From Eledone cirrhosa (Eukaryota): 64,000 nucleotides of DNA. Below, piece by piece: positions 10,452 to 23,060 of the stretch. The stretch is taken from the NCBI GenBank assembly GCA_964016885.1, contig OZ024744.1, forward strand, positions 32,860,001-32,924,000. Reading direction: 5' to 3'. Under the pieces are notes generated by a model. The model did no database searches. It was not told the origin of the DNA and saw only the letters and a list, made by a program, of their open reading frames with translations. Positions within the stretch are counted from its first letter, which is position 1. The number at the start of each line of letters is the position of its first letter. The position numbers were made by a program, and so were the translations under genes.

Positions 10452-13400
10452 CTACAGCCGCATGACCAGAGTAGGCCCACTCACACGGGCCATTCTCGCC
10501 ACATTCACCCACCTTTCAGCAAATGTACTGGGGGGCAGCACTTCTCTCTCCACCCTCACCTTCCTTTCCAAGTGAAACTTGAAAAAGTTGATGAGGAATT
10601 GGCCGAAGAGAAAAGTGTCTGTCTTCAGTCCTTTCAACCTGGTCCACCATACAACCTCTTTCGCTACTGCCACCAGAGAGGAAAATTGCCTGCCCTTCCT
10701 GGCCAAAAGAAGGCGGCAGGTCGATCTTCACTATGGACTCGGCCGATAGCCGGATCTGTTCTACACGCGACAACAGCTGTTCAACATAATTCCACAAGTC
10801 AGTAATGCATGGACACTGGACGAGTGCGTGCAGAACGGTTTCGTCGCTCTGCGCGCATCTCGGGTAGGTCCGTCTGAGAGCACTTCCGTGCCTGTAGAGT
10901 TTATCTCGAACCGGCAGTGCCCCCCGGTAGCACTGCCAAGTGAGGGATTTTGGGAAATTATCCATCGTCCCCGGCTCGAAAGTCCTCCGGTACAGACTGG
11001 TTAGTTCGACTTCGTTGACTCCCAGAGCCTCTCCGAGTGCGTCGTCGCACTTGCCCACCACTAATCCTCTATAGAACTCGAGAGTGGAAGTTCCACTGAT
11101 CGCATTGCCCGCCTGGTAGAGGGCAGTGAGTGTCTCGCAACATTCCAGATGCCAGTCACCCAGTCTCGGTCTCATCTTGACCCAGGACTGCAACTCAGTC
11201 AAAGAAACGAGCTGCGGAAAGGCCTGTCTAACAAACGGCGACCACACCTGTTCACCGTTTAGGCAGAATATCTGGAGATGCCGCCGCCTCAGCGCGTACC
11301 TGCGCATCATTAGCCACGGCATGCCCAGCCCTCCACGTAGAGGGTGCTGGCAGCAGATGCACCGCCTCACCAGCGGAACCTGACCCCACCACAAGAATTT
11401 GAAGAGGAGCCGCTCCAAGATGGCGAGGTGCGAACGGGGGCAAGGGACGACAGTCAGACGGTAGTAGATGACGGACGCGATGTACGCGTTCGCCACCTCC
11501 GCCCGACCTTTCAGTGATAGCTTCATCCCAGCCCATTTCTGGGTGAGACTGACTACCCTGCCCGTCACCTCGTCCCAATTCTTATCCACCTGGAGGTCTG
11601 GCCCAAACCAAACCCCTAGCAACTTTATCGGTCCGTCCGTCCAGCGCCTAAAGCCGCTGTTAGACGGCATGGACTTGCCCCTCCAGGTGCCGAGTTGCAA
11701 GCCCACTGACTTTTCCGGGTTAAGTTTTGCTCCCGTCAACCTTTCATATTCCTCCAATAAGTTGCCGACCACCTCGATTTCTGAGGTGTCCGACACCATC
11801 ACGGTGATGTCGTCCGCATAAGCCGACACAGCCTTTCCTCGTCCCGGTTCGAGCGGGATGCCCTGCAACAGCTCCAGCTTCCGCAGTAAAGGCTCGAGAG
11901 TCAATACGTACAGAAGGGAGGAGAGAGGGCACTCTTGACAGACCGATCGGGAGACCTCAAACGGTTCCGAGAGGTGGCCATTAAGTTTGACCGTCGAGCA
12001 GGTGCCGCTGTGCATTGCAGCGATCCAGCTTCTGAAGACGGGGCCGAAGCCACCTGCCTTGAGGACAGCCTCCAGGTACCGATGGTCGACCCTATCGAAT
12101 GCTTTCGAGTGATCTAAATTGATCAGAGCCCCACCGAATCCAGGTTTACACCCAACCCTCTCTATGATGTATCGCATTAGGTGGAGGTTGTCGTGTATGG
12201 ACCTGGTTGGGATTGCGCAAGTTTGCGCCTCCCCAACCAAATCCCCGACGACAAGCGCCAACCTCTTCGCTAACACCTTGGCCAAAATCTTAAACTCTGT
12301 GTTGAGCAGAGTTATGGGCCTGAAATTGTCTAATATGTCCCTCTTGTTCTCGTCTTTCCTTATCAGCGTCACTACGCCCCGGCTCACAGAACTGGGAATA
12401 CTACCGTTTTACTGCCAGTTGCAGTAGAGGGCTTCGAGGAGATTGGAGAACAAGTCTGGCATATTTACGTAAAGCTCGTAGGGCAGGCCATCCAAACCGG
12501 GTGACTTGCACCTCATGTAGCCAACAAGGGCATCCTGAATCTCGGCTGAAGTAATTGGCCTTTCGCAGCGCCCAGCGTCAGCCGTCGAGAGTTGCGGCAA
12601 GCCATCGAGATAGGGACTGAAGTCCGCCACCATCTCTGACCCGCCACTTCCCTCGAACAACCGAGCTAAATGTTGGCGAAAGGCCTCACACATCCTCTTG
12701 GAATCGTTCAGCTCGTGCCCGTCTCTGTCCGCCAAAGACCGAATCGTGGTTTTATTACCACGTTGCGACTCTGCCACGCGGGCCCATCGAACAGCTTTGG
12801 TTCCCTCGTTTCTCAGAGCACGCGCCTTAGCTCTGACAATGCAACCTTCGTGTTTCGCATTGAAGAAATGGTCTAATGCCATTCTCGCCGCTAACACATC
12901 AGTTGCAATGCCACTACCAATAGCCTCGTCTAACTTATCTACCAACTCCCCCTCCTTTCTACTTTTCTCTAATGTTACTTCTTTGCTAAACTCTATCGAC
13001 ATTACTCTAATCTCTCTTTTGAGAGCCCCCCCCCCCCCCCACCATCTATTGTTGACGATTCCCCCTGTCAACTTTTTCTTAACTAAATTGTTGCCCTGGT
13101 CCCTGTAAGCCTTACGTGCCGGAAATGACATATTTAGCTTCCAGTAACCAGGTCCTAACCTACGCGTCTTATCTAGGTCGACCATACAGATCACAAACTT
13201 GTGATCTGAATAGGCGACCGTTACAAAACGTGGACAGCTTATACTATTTCTGTCTATTTTCCTAATGAATATCCTGTCTATATACGATCTAGATGACCCT
13301 ATGCGATTAGCCCAGGTCCACACTGGCGCATTAGGGAAATCTAGTCGGTACCTGTCAGACAGTTGGAACTGGCTGATCAGGTTCTTGAGGCTTTTGCACC

Positions 13401-13871
13401 CCCTGCTCCTATTGGATACTCCCACACAGTCCCAGCGTGCGTCTAAGACCCCCGCTAACAGTAACGGGCGAGAAGTACTCAGAAAGGCTTCCAGGCGTCT
13501 AAAGAAATCCGGCCGTCCTGCCCCAGCAGGAGCATAGACGGCCACCAGTCTAAAGGCACCACCTTCGTTGTTGTTCACGTCCAGGACCACCAACTTCCCG
13601 TCCGGGTCCCGGAATATCGACCTTACCTCGAGATCCAGGCCTTTCCTAAACAGCACTGCCACCCCGCCTCCCATTCCCGGCCGGCTAACAGATGCAAAGA
13701 TCTGTTAGTCATCGAAAATGGGTGCTTGTGCGCGCGTGTCAGAAATCCTGGTCTCGCTCTGACTGCAATTACATCCATTTCTATACACCTGAGGTCGTTG
13801 AGCAGGTGACCCTGCTTCTAGGACGATCCCAGGCCTCGAACATTTAAAGATCCTACTCTTAATACGGGCAT
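10452..13871 (-). pseudogene. LINE ORF2 (APE endonuclease + reverse transcriptase + C-terminal zinc motif), frameshifted
   Basis: ATG at 13871 (MPVLRVGSLNVRGL). APE motifs GGGVAVLF, VAVYAP, SYIDRIF, SDH and WKLN. KSPGLDGLPYE. RT motifs NFRPITLLNTEFKILAK, KAFDRVDH, QECPLS and AYADD. GGLGMP and C..SDETVLHALVQC. Stops or frameshifts near 13820, 13760, 13705, 12400 and 10675. Confidence 0.93.
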
Positions 13872-13906
13872 GTTGGCAGGTTAAACAGAGAGAGAGGAAG
13901 GTTTAC

Positions 13907-15889
13907 TTACTTTCCGGGTCTTGTGAAGGTCGGGTTGTTCGACCTCCATAGTTAGTGGGGTTTCTTTTGGGAACCCCTTTAAAATCTTGAAGTGGGTTTT
14001 ACGTTCGGGGTTCCCACGTCCCGAGGAAAGCTGTCTCGTATTTCTTTGAATATGTCGAGCGACATTCGCACCAGAACCAAATATTCCGGCACGCAGAATG
14101 TGCTCGATTTAAAAATTTCTCTTTTTGTATATTTTCACTTCGTGCTACGAGGGCCATCAATTCCTTGTTGGCCCTCCTGACGAGCACGAAGTTTTGTATG
14201 TTTTGTTGGTGTCATTTTATTTGTTTGCGTGACTGTTGTGGTGATGGTTTTAGTGGTGTTGTTTCGGTTGTGTCTGTGTTTGTTGTCAGTGCGGTGTCTG
14301 TGGTTTCAGATGTTTGTGTGTATATTTGTTCTTGCGTCTGTTTCGGTTGTTTGTGTTTGGGGGATTCTGGTGATAGTGATGGTGGTGTTGATGTTGGTGT
14401 TATTGGAGAGATGTTTGCGTGTGTGGTGTCTGCGTTTTTTTATTGTGGGTGCTTTTGTGCTTTGTTGAGTTTTTTTTTTCTTTTTGTGTTTCCTTTTTTG
14501 TATTTTGGTGGATTTTGGATTTCCCTCATCTTCACTACTGGTAGATGAGGGGTCTGTGTCTGTAAGTGTGTCTGTATGTATGTTTATGGTTTTATTGGTG
14601 TGTGTATTTTTGGGGGGAGGGAGAATTTGAGAGCTTTCCTCGTTTCCCCCCTGGGTGGTCAATGTTGGTGGTGGTCTTTCTATTGGTATTGTTGTTGGTA
14701 GTTTTGCCGGTGCTGGTATTGGTTGTTGTCCTCGCCCCGGCGTCGGCAGCAGTGGAGCCTTTTGACCCCTTGCCTCTTTCAGCAGTTGAAGGCAGAAGGC
14801 TCGCAAATGGGTTTTTTACCCACAAACAAAACACTGCGGCCTTTTTCATTCGGTTATAATGTGAATGACCGTCCCATTCTGAAGGCGGATGTGGTCCGGG
14901 ATTGTCTTCACATTCTCGGGCCTGATCTGGAGAAGGATCTCCAGGTCAACCCCGGACCAGTCCTCTCTGGCCGTTCTGGTCACTTCTATAGGGACTGTAT
15001 CCGTCCCCTCCACAATCACACATCCCAGAAGCCACCACATGTCAAGTCCTGGTGGAATTCTGGGAATGCGGAGACGGGCCGTTCTTTTTCCCATGTGGGA
15101 GGGGTACATTGTGACCTTGCTGGTTTTGAAAAGAGTCATAGCGTGTTTCATAGCGAGAGCTTCTGACTTGAACAACACCGAAATGGTGCCGTACTGTCTG
15201 CCTCTCTCTATGTACTGGGTGTCTTCTCTGATGCACCTCAGCGTGACTTCGACATCTTCTTGTGGGATTAAAGCTGCCCTTTTGGTTTGTGCTGAGATGC
15301 ATCTATAATGCACCGTTTTGCGCTCCACTGCCTCAATAGCTTCTACCGGGACAGTTAAGTTGGCCCAGGTTTGCTCTAGCTTGATGAGCTTCCATGCCTG
15401 GGCCAACTTTTCATCTTTGTTTGAGAGGTCCATGTTGAAGCATGGCCTCTTTTTTGCTGCTGCCGCAGCGAAAGTGTTCTTCTTGTTTTCGTTGGGGGTG
15501 TTGTTGTCGTTGTTCTTGTTGGTGTTGTTGTTAGCACTGTCGCTGTTATCATTGTTGTCTTTTTTGCCACCGTTGTTCTCGGTGCAGTTGGTATTGTTGC
15601 TGTTGGTGTTTTCGCTATTTGTTTTCATGTTAGTGGTGTTGATATTGTTGTTGTATTTTTTTTGTTTTTTTTTATATCTGTATTTTCCTTGTCGCTGTTA
15701 CTGTCATTTTTTTCAAAATTAGAGTTCTTATTGGTATCATTGGTGTCTTTGTTTACCTTGTTTGTGGTGGTGTTTGTGTTATCAATGTGTGTTAATTTCG
15801 CTGTAACGCTCCTCTCAACTTCTACGTCGTTGTCGCACGACAGCCGACATATCGCTGGGGGGGGGGGGGGGGGGGCGGGGCTCAGCCAT
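13907..15889 (-). pseudogene. LINE ORF1 (Asn/Thr-rich N-terminus, RRM-like core, CCHC zinc knuckle), disrupted
   Basis: ORF pieces 14846-15628 and 14306-14806 are in one frame. Reading through two stops gives RPQCFVCG*KTHLRAFC (CX2CX4HX4C). FAAAA motif and Lys-rich tail. Probable ATG at 15889. Confidence 0.75.
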
Positions 15890-16095
15890 GTTTTTTTTTC
15901 TTCGTAAATTTTTTAACATGTAAAAAAAAGTTCAAATATTTGGGCCAAAAGGCCCAAATATTATACTTTCCCCTTCACGGGACAAAGTCTAAGGGCTTAT
16001 ATCCCTTACACAACCAGAAATATTTAACAACAAATAATTTTAACAGGCAAATAAAGCGACTTACTGGGAGCGAGCAAAATACGTCCGCTTAGACC

Positions 16096-16300
16096 AATAA
16101 TAATAATAATTGTTTCTACTTTTGGCACAAGGCCAGCAATTATATCAGTGTATTACTGGTACTTTATTTTATCAACCCCGTAAGGATGAAAGGCAAAGTT
16201 AACCTCGGCGGGATTTGAACTCAGAATGGCAACGGCCGTAACTCTTTGCTGCAAAGCATGGCGTCAGACCCTCTACCGATACTGCCATCCCCGCCCTTAT
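16096..16300 (-). mobile_element. SINE family 1, full length
   Basis: Same head, body and tail as the other copies; (AAT)n on both sides. Confidence 0.87.
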
Positions 16301-17152
16301 ACAATAATAATAATAATAATAATAACAATAATGATGATAAATCCATGAATATAAAAATATTGGGATGAAACCAACTAATTTTATTTCTGTTTATAAATTC
16401 ATCAGAAGACTAATATTTATTTCTATCTTGTAGCAACAATTACTACTATATAGCATTGACACGTGTATCTCACGTTGAATCAGAAGAAAAATACGACGAA
16501 AGAGAATTTATTTAGTTACTCGACCTACTAAATATACCAAACAATTCTTCTTTATATCATACCTTGCTGTCGGTTGGGAGGGGGGGGGGCATAATGTAAT
16601 CCTAGAAGTAGATAATACTGGTTGGTCACATCTAGAACGTCTTTGATAATAGTGATCTGAGTCTAATCGACAATAACATCATCATCATCGAACATCTTTC
16701 GGTTAGTCTTTCTTATAGTATTGTCAAATCAAAGTTTATTGGTTTTATGTTTGCCGTTCCCAGGAGGGGAAAAAAGGATGGAGTATTGCTGATTGTGAAG
16801 TATACGTCAGCCATATGTGAGTGCCAAGCAGTTATCGTAATTTATCATGAAAGAACAGGTGTGCTGAGTATCTCGTAGTGTCATTAGGAAATGTATATAT
16901 GAAGCACAAATACTATGATAACAAGGTCCCACCTTCTGATAATTGTCAGATCAGTTAAATGTGATGTGTATCACATGGAACATATATATATAAATATGTT
17001 CTTTTTACTTTTTATTAAATACGACTGGAGAACTGACCATAGCCTTTTCAAGGGACCTCGGAAACTGGTATGAAGGTGGAAATAAGTTATCTTAAAATTG
17101 GGAAACTAATTAAGTTTGTTTAGTTGCTGCTTTATAAGTATGCCCTTGCCAG

Positions 17153-17272
17153 TCTGAGTTCAAATCCCGCCGAGGTTAACTTTGCCTTTCATCCTTACGG
17201 GGTCGATAAAATAAAGTACCAGTAATACACTGGATAATTGCTGGCCTTGTGCCAAAAGTAGAAACAATTATT
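17153..17272 (+). mobile_element. SINE family 1, 5'-truncated
   Basis: Starts at CTGAGTTCAAATCCCGCCGAGG and ends GTAGAAACAATTATT. Confidence 0.85.
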
Positions 17273-17809
17273 TCGTTTATCGTTGTTGTTTAGCCACAGG
17301 TTAACACTGGTCGTAGAGGCGCCGCATTGGCGTAGGGTGTTTCTTGGGCATTTCTTGAACTCAGAGAGTAGAGAGCTGGAACGAATAACACAAAACACTA
17401 TATCTGACGTTCTAACGACTCTGCCGATCCACAATAGTTGAATGGACAATCGATGGACAACCACAAGTAAGTAATTGTGCATTTCTGTATGCCTGTGTGT
17501 TTATGCCAATTCGCCAATATCAAAGACATTGTAACAATATATATAAATTTGAGCGACATCCCTCCGTCCGTCTCACAATGTGTGTGTGTGTGTGCGTGTG
17601 TGTGAGTGTGTGTGTGAATGTTTATGTGTATAAAGGGAAGGAAGGGGAGGGTGAAAAAAGAATATAGCAAAACAGCGGTTGGCGTTCCATTTGCTACGCT
17701 GTGTGCGTGTACGTGTGTGTTTTGTGTAAATGTATGCGTGTGTGTGCTTGTGTAAATGTTTGTGTGTACTTTTGTTAGTGTATCTGTGTTTGCGCGTTTA
17801 TATTTATAT

Positions 17810-17853
<44 letters not shown>

Positions 17854-17960
17854 CTACATACACACACACCCACACACACATATACATATACGTGTCAGCG
17901 TGTTGAAAGAAACAAAAAAGACTAGTTACTAATATGACATTTTAGACAGTTGACATCAAG

Positions 17961-18062
17961 GGAAGATACGTGCCTTGATAGTTAGGATGTTGAAATCCCG
18001 ATCAATAAGATCGGGTGTTCGATCGGGCGGCGTGTTGTGTTCTTAAGCTTTATACTTTACTA
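17961..18062 (+). mobile_element. Decayed SINE family 2 head
   Basis: GGAAGATACGTGCC...GTGTTCGATC...GTGTTGTGTTCTTAAGC resembles the 7607 head. Confidence 0.45.
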
Positions 18063-18085
18063 GGATTTTTTTCAACAGAAACCAT

Positions 18086-21000
18086 TCATCATCATCCTCA
18101 TCAACTTCATCACCGTTTTACGTCGATTCTTCTACGCTAGCATGGGTTAGACGGGTTGTCCTGTTGTGGGCAATGTTAGGTCGGCTGACCTTATCTTGCT
18201 CATACGGGAACTGATTATAGTTTGAATTCTACAGCTGGATGCCCTTCCTAACACCAACCTCATTTACAGTGAGTGCTGGGTGCTTTTTTTCTGTGGCACC
18301 TACACGTCCACTTTATAGTGTGGGCTGGGTGCTTTTTTGCCGTGGCACATCTACGACCACTTTGCAGTGGGAGGGGATGAGGGTATTTTGCCTATAAGCT
18401 TCAGCTTCGGCTTGTACCGGTGAGGGGACCGGGTCTTCTGTATTACTGCGTGACGCCAGAGGTCTCGGTCGCGTGTCATCGCCGGTCGGCTTTTATCACC
18501 TCATCCCAGGTCTTCTTGGGTCTTCCCGCTCCACGACTTCCATCAACTTTTAGTGCTCTGCACATTTTTATGCTGCTGTCATCCTTCATACGCATCACAT
18601 GTCCATACCAACGCATCTTCCTCTCCTGCACACAGCATTTGATTCCTCTTATGTTCAGTCACTCTCTCAGTTCGTTTGTTTTGCTATTCAGGTATATTAC
18701 TATTTCACATCCATCGGAGCATGCAAGCTTCGTTTCTTTCTAATCTACGCAAGTCTTCTACACACAGCGCCCAGGTCTCCCTACCATGAAACATTGCCGT
18801 TCGTATGCACGCATCATACAGCCTGACTTTCATTTTGAGGGAAAAGCCTGTTGCAGTTAGCAGTGTCAGTAGCTCCCTGAACTTCTTCCACCCCCTTCTT
18901 ACCTTGGTTAGTGTACTTTCAGAACATCCACCTCCACTGCTAATTTGGTCACCTAGGTAGCAAAAGCTGTCTATTCAGTCTAAAGAGCCCTCCCAGAGTT
19001 TGGTAGTGCTTGTTTCCTGTGGCTGTTTGCTGCTTACTGTCCCGGTGCAGCTGCTACATGTAAAGCCTACATTCCTAAATAAGATTCCTGAGATCCCACT
19101 ACATCTCTTGTGTTCCCATAGTTTGTATTTGGGGCAGAGGATAGAATTCCTACCTACACCTTTCCTACATATTGAGCAAGGCCATTTCCCTGAGGGGATC
19201 TGGGTTCTGTTTTCTCGTCTACTTACTTCGTCTTTGACAGGTTGACTTTGAGCCCACTTCTTTCTAATCCCTGCTTCCATGTTTGAAATTTCTTCTTTAG
19301 TTCCGCCATAGATTCAGCTATAAGTGTAAGATCATCCGCATACAGAAGTTACCATGGGCATCCGGTCTTAAACTCCTCTATTATAGCCTGCAATAAACAG
19401 GAGAGGGCTAAGAACAGAGCCCTGGTGGACACCGACCTGTATGCTAAATTCCTCGCTATAGTCATTGTTAACCCTAACTTTGTTGACTGCTCCCCTATAC
19501 ATGGCTTGTACAGATTTCACAAGCCATTAACCAACTCCTAGTTTTCTAAGAGCCCACCAGATTATAGCACGGGACACTATGTCGAAGGCTTTTTCCAGAT
19601 CGACAAATGCCGGGTAGAGCGGTTTACTTTTAGCTAGGTACTTTTCCTGTAACTGCCCCACAAGGAAGAGAGCATCAGTTGTGCTTTTTTTCTGACACAA
19701 ACCCAAACTGCTTCTCATCTAGTTTATAGCTGTGCTATAACTCTTTCCGTTACTTTCATGACCTGGTCTATCAGCTTTATACCTCTATAGTTTACTCTAT
19801 CTAGTGCATCTCTTTTTCCCTTGTAGCAGTTGACAACGATGCTGCTGCGCTAATCCTTTGGTATGACACCTTCTTGTATTACCTGCTTAACAATACGTGT
19901 GGTTATGTTATGACCTACCGACCCAGGTGCTTTCAGCATCTCAGCCGCTATACCCGATAGACCGGTTGCCTTCCCAGTCTTCATATCTGTAATTGCCTTA
20001 CTTATTACGCTGCTGTTATGTTGTATTGCTGGTCCCTCTATAGGGTCCACTTGGGGTAGTGTCGCTTTCTCCCATGCATTCTCCTCATTTTGTAATCTTT
20101 CATAATGGCTCTTCCACGCAGCTTTCTTCTCGGCACTTGTGAAGGCAAGCTCACCTTTATCATTCCGAACACATTTCTCGCCAATGACATCACAATTTTC
20201 TCTAACACACTGCCTCGCAATCCTGAACACCTCCTGTTTCTGGTCCTCACGTTTCAAGACATGCTTGAATTTTCTATCCTCCGCTTCCCTTCTAGCTAAG
20301 TATACTTGTCGCCTAGCTTCCCTCCTGGTCTCTATGTAACATAATACCCTGCTTCCCCCATTCTTCCATTCTTTCCATGCCTGTCTCTTGGCCTTAACTG
20401 CCTCATCTACCTTATTGTTCCCCCATCAAGTCACTCTCAGATTACGTTATCTACCCATATGTCAGCTAATAGTATACCCACACCACCCATCCTACTGTCA
20501 TTTCTCACCCAGAAACATTTGTAGCACTGATTTTTGCCTACAAGCAATCTAACAAACGCTCCTCTCCATCTAATCTCTTGCACACAACATACATCAATTT
20601 CCTTTCGCTCTAGCAACTCTAGGATTTCTTCTGCTCTTCCTTTCATTGTGCTTAAGTTGATGGTGCCAAACCGTAGTTTTGGGCATTTACCATTACTCGT
20701 GGGAATGGGTGGATTTTTGTGGAGGAGTGTGTATGATTTCTGTCTCTGAATTAGAGCTTTGCATGAGTGCTTGGTACCTCGTGGATTCACACTCATGCAT
20801 TTATTCGGAGTTGTTCCATTATCCTCAGCTCATCCATAGCTAACGTTAAACAGGACTTCTTTGGTGCAGAGCTAGGACAGTAGTAGTAATGGCAGAATTG
20901 GTTGGGGCTGGTAAGGGCTAGAATGACCGTAGTAGTAATGGCAGGATATGTTGGGGCTGGTAATGGGTGAGGACATTTTGCTGTGGTTTGATTGGTTGGA

Positions 21001-21200
21001 GAGCCTATGGTGGTGGGAGGGAAATTGTGAGATAGATCGCCAACATGGCGTGGGTAAACCAGCGAGGTTTATTTTGAAGAGAAAACGAAATATATAATTT
21101 GTGTGTGACAGCTCACACCTATGCAGGTTTAGCTGGCCTCCTCCAAGGCATATCTCGTTGGAGGTGTCTTGGGTAATTTAATGATAGGGACCCCAGTCCT
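18086..21200 (-). mobile_element. RTE-clade LINE, decayed with internal deletions, (GAT)n tail
   Basis: Single APE-RT frame remnants. The 3' UTR ends AACCCGTCTAACCCATGCTAGCGTAG...(GAT)n. A ~49-bp tandem duplication lies in the 5' region (~20877-20970). The 5' boundary is uncertain. Confidence 0.88.
18352..20796 (-). pseudogene. RTE ORF (APE + RT + Cys-rich PHD-like insert)
   Basis: LRFGTINLSTMKGR..VCCVQEIRWRG; GKATGLSGIAAEML; STTDALFLV..LQEKY..AFVDLEKAFD; VGVHQGSVLSP; LLYADD (~19331-19348); WPCSICRKGVGRNSILC..WEHKRCSG; GRPKKTW. Multiple stops and frameshifts. Confidence 0.9.
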
Positions 21201-21204
21201 ATCA

Positions 21205-21343
21205 TCTCATTTCTACAGCTGAGTAAACTGGAGCAACGGGAAATAAAGTGTCTTGCTCAAGTAAACAACCTGGTCCGAGAATTGAACTCACAACCTTTCG
21301 ATTGCAAGCCCAATGCTACAATCACTAAGCCATGCACCTTCAC
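21205..21343 (-). mobile_element. SINE family 2 (CORE-like) head, directly upstream of and co-oriented with the RTE
   Basis: Minus strand GAAGGTGCATGGCTTAGTG...GAGTTCAATTCTC...CTTGAGCAAGACACTTTAT...CTCAGCTG matches 7478-7607. Confidence 0.78.
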
Positions 21344-21879
21344 ATGTGGTGACAAACGGACGAAAATAATATAATACAACAATGTATACATAACATTTTC
21401 AAATTGACAAGGAAAAATAGCTGTGGCCAGGAAAAATACCTGTGGGGGCGAAAATAATCTATAGATGGCTGGGAGATGAGTTGGAAATCTTTAAAAATTA
21501 ATTGAGAGAATTTGAAAAAAAACGTCTATCTTCCTAGACCTAAGATGAATGAGTTCATTTAAGCAACAATCTGCTCTGCAGATCGAAGAACCGTACCACA
21601 CGTCATCGCTATTTATGAAGATCCGACACACAAATAGACGCCAAAATGGACTTAGTCATACAGATATCCAGAAAATGATAAGTGAACCGTTGGGATCGGT
21701 AAAATAAATAAACTGATACTCTTTAATGCAGCCCTTCGTTGGATGACCTGTGCTTCACTTGCCACTTGGTATTTTTATTTTTTTTAAATCATCAGTTAAC
21801 GTATCTCCTTAAAAAATTGTTTTTCGTTTTGCCTTTTTTCCTGTTCGTTGTCTTGTCCTCTCTTTGCTAATTTTCTTAA

Positions 21880-21937
<58 letters not shown>

Positions 21938-22055
21938 ATATATATATACATTTATATATATATACATTTATGTATATATAAAAGAGTGTTCAGGATTGCT
22001 TGAAGCATTGTGGAATAAAGAAAATAGTATTCAAAGGGGCTTCCAAACTGGCTAT

Positions 22056-22114
<59 letters not shown>

Positions 22115-22129
22115 CTATTTATTTATATA

Positions 22130-22760
22130 AAGAATACGAAGTATGAAAGCCACGACAACGCAGGTTTGGGCGGAAAAAAATTAAAATATAAGAAACAGGG
22201 GTTTTTTTTTTTTACCTTAATTTATTCATATGTCCTGATATTTCGAGATTAATATCTCTTCTTCCGAAGAAAATAAAGGAACTATTCCAGTGTCCGATGT
22301 GGCTTGCTATACCATGCTGGCCGGAAATGGTTTTGCTATTTATTTATTTGGTTTTGTTTTATCTAACCTTTTTTGTGTTAAAATTAAGATCTGGACAGGT
22401 CAAAGAGGACACAGAGTTGTTTCCCTTTAAATCCGCTTAGACGCATATATATTAATAGGCGCTGACACACACGTGCATGCATACATGTGTGTAGGCACGC
22501 ATGCCAACACGTAAATATGCATGGGTGAAATCGTGTAAACACATGAATGCATATGTACGATTTCTCCCAGATGGATAATGTGGTCATAAGCGGGCCTATG
22601 TGTGCCCTTATATGTAGAGTCCAGTAGCCTTCTGTGTTAGGTATTGTGTGCTTAGTTCTAGTCTATTATTGACTTGTGGGTGTGTTCTGGCTATGATTAA
22701 TACTTCCTTAATTCTGAGGTTTCTTTATTTTGTTTCAACTTTAACTGTTATGTTTTGGAG
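22130..22760 (-). mobile_element. PLE 3' fragment (end of GIY-YIG + 3' UTR)
   Basis: Minus translation NITVKVETK*RNLRIKEVLIIARTHPQVNNRLE parallels LRIKEALFIKRLQPQINNRLE of the 1276-1660 fragment. An HHR-like motif lies downstream. Confidence 0.7.
22233..22270 (-). ncRNA. Minimal hammerhead-like motif (U4G core)
   Basis: TCTT-CGGAAGA-A-GAGAT(atta)ATCTC-GAAA-TA-TC|AGGA. Confidence 0.5.
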
Positions 22761-22761
22761 C

Positions 22762-23060
22762 AAGCCGCAACCTGTTGCAGTCTACCACTAACCCAGGTTC
22801 TGCTGCACGTCGGGCTGACGAGGCCAAACTCTTCAAATACCGGTCACTCTCCGACAGGTTTGCGGTTGTACCCTTGGCAGTGGAGACTTCTGGTGTATTT
22901 GGCCCTAGAGCTACTCACCACCATAGGCGCTGAGCTGGCCAGCCGCAGGTGTGAGCCTCAGGAGCTGGAATGGCTTTTCCACCGCGTCTCCTTTGCCGTC
23001 CTCCGGGGAAACGCCTTCTCCATTCTGTCCGCCGGGGCTGTGGGGAGGCCACCAATATGA
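22762..23060 (+). pseudogene. CRE-clade-like non-LTR retrotransposon 3' fragment (restriction-like endonuclease C-terminus)
   Basis: Joining two frames gives KLFKYRSLSDRFAVVPLAVETSGVFGPRA / LTTIGAELASRRCEPQELEWLFHRVSFAVLRGNAFSIL. KY..., PLAVETxG and RGNA are motifs of CRE-type RLE domains. Confidence 0.72.

Larger units (their letters stand above)
10157..16096 (-). mobile_element. Near full-length L1/Tx1-type LINE (ORF1 + APE-RT ORF2), decayed, inserted in (AAT)n
   Basis: Two-ORF layout with APE, RT and C-terminal zinc motifs. (AAT)n lies at both junctions (10157-10171 and 16096-16110). Confidence 0.92.

Noticed and set aside
10572-15722. Plus-strand ORFs overlapping the LINE
   Set aside because: They are antisense shadows of LINE ORF1/ORF2 with no recognisable motifs.
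16330-17950. Possible host exon or gene in the less repetitive stretch
   Set aside because: No credible ORF or recognisable domain. A small exon cannot be excluded without transcript data.
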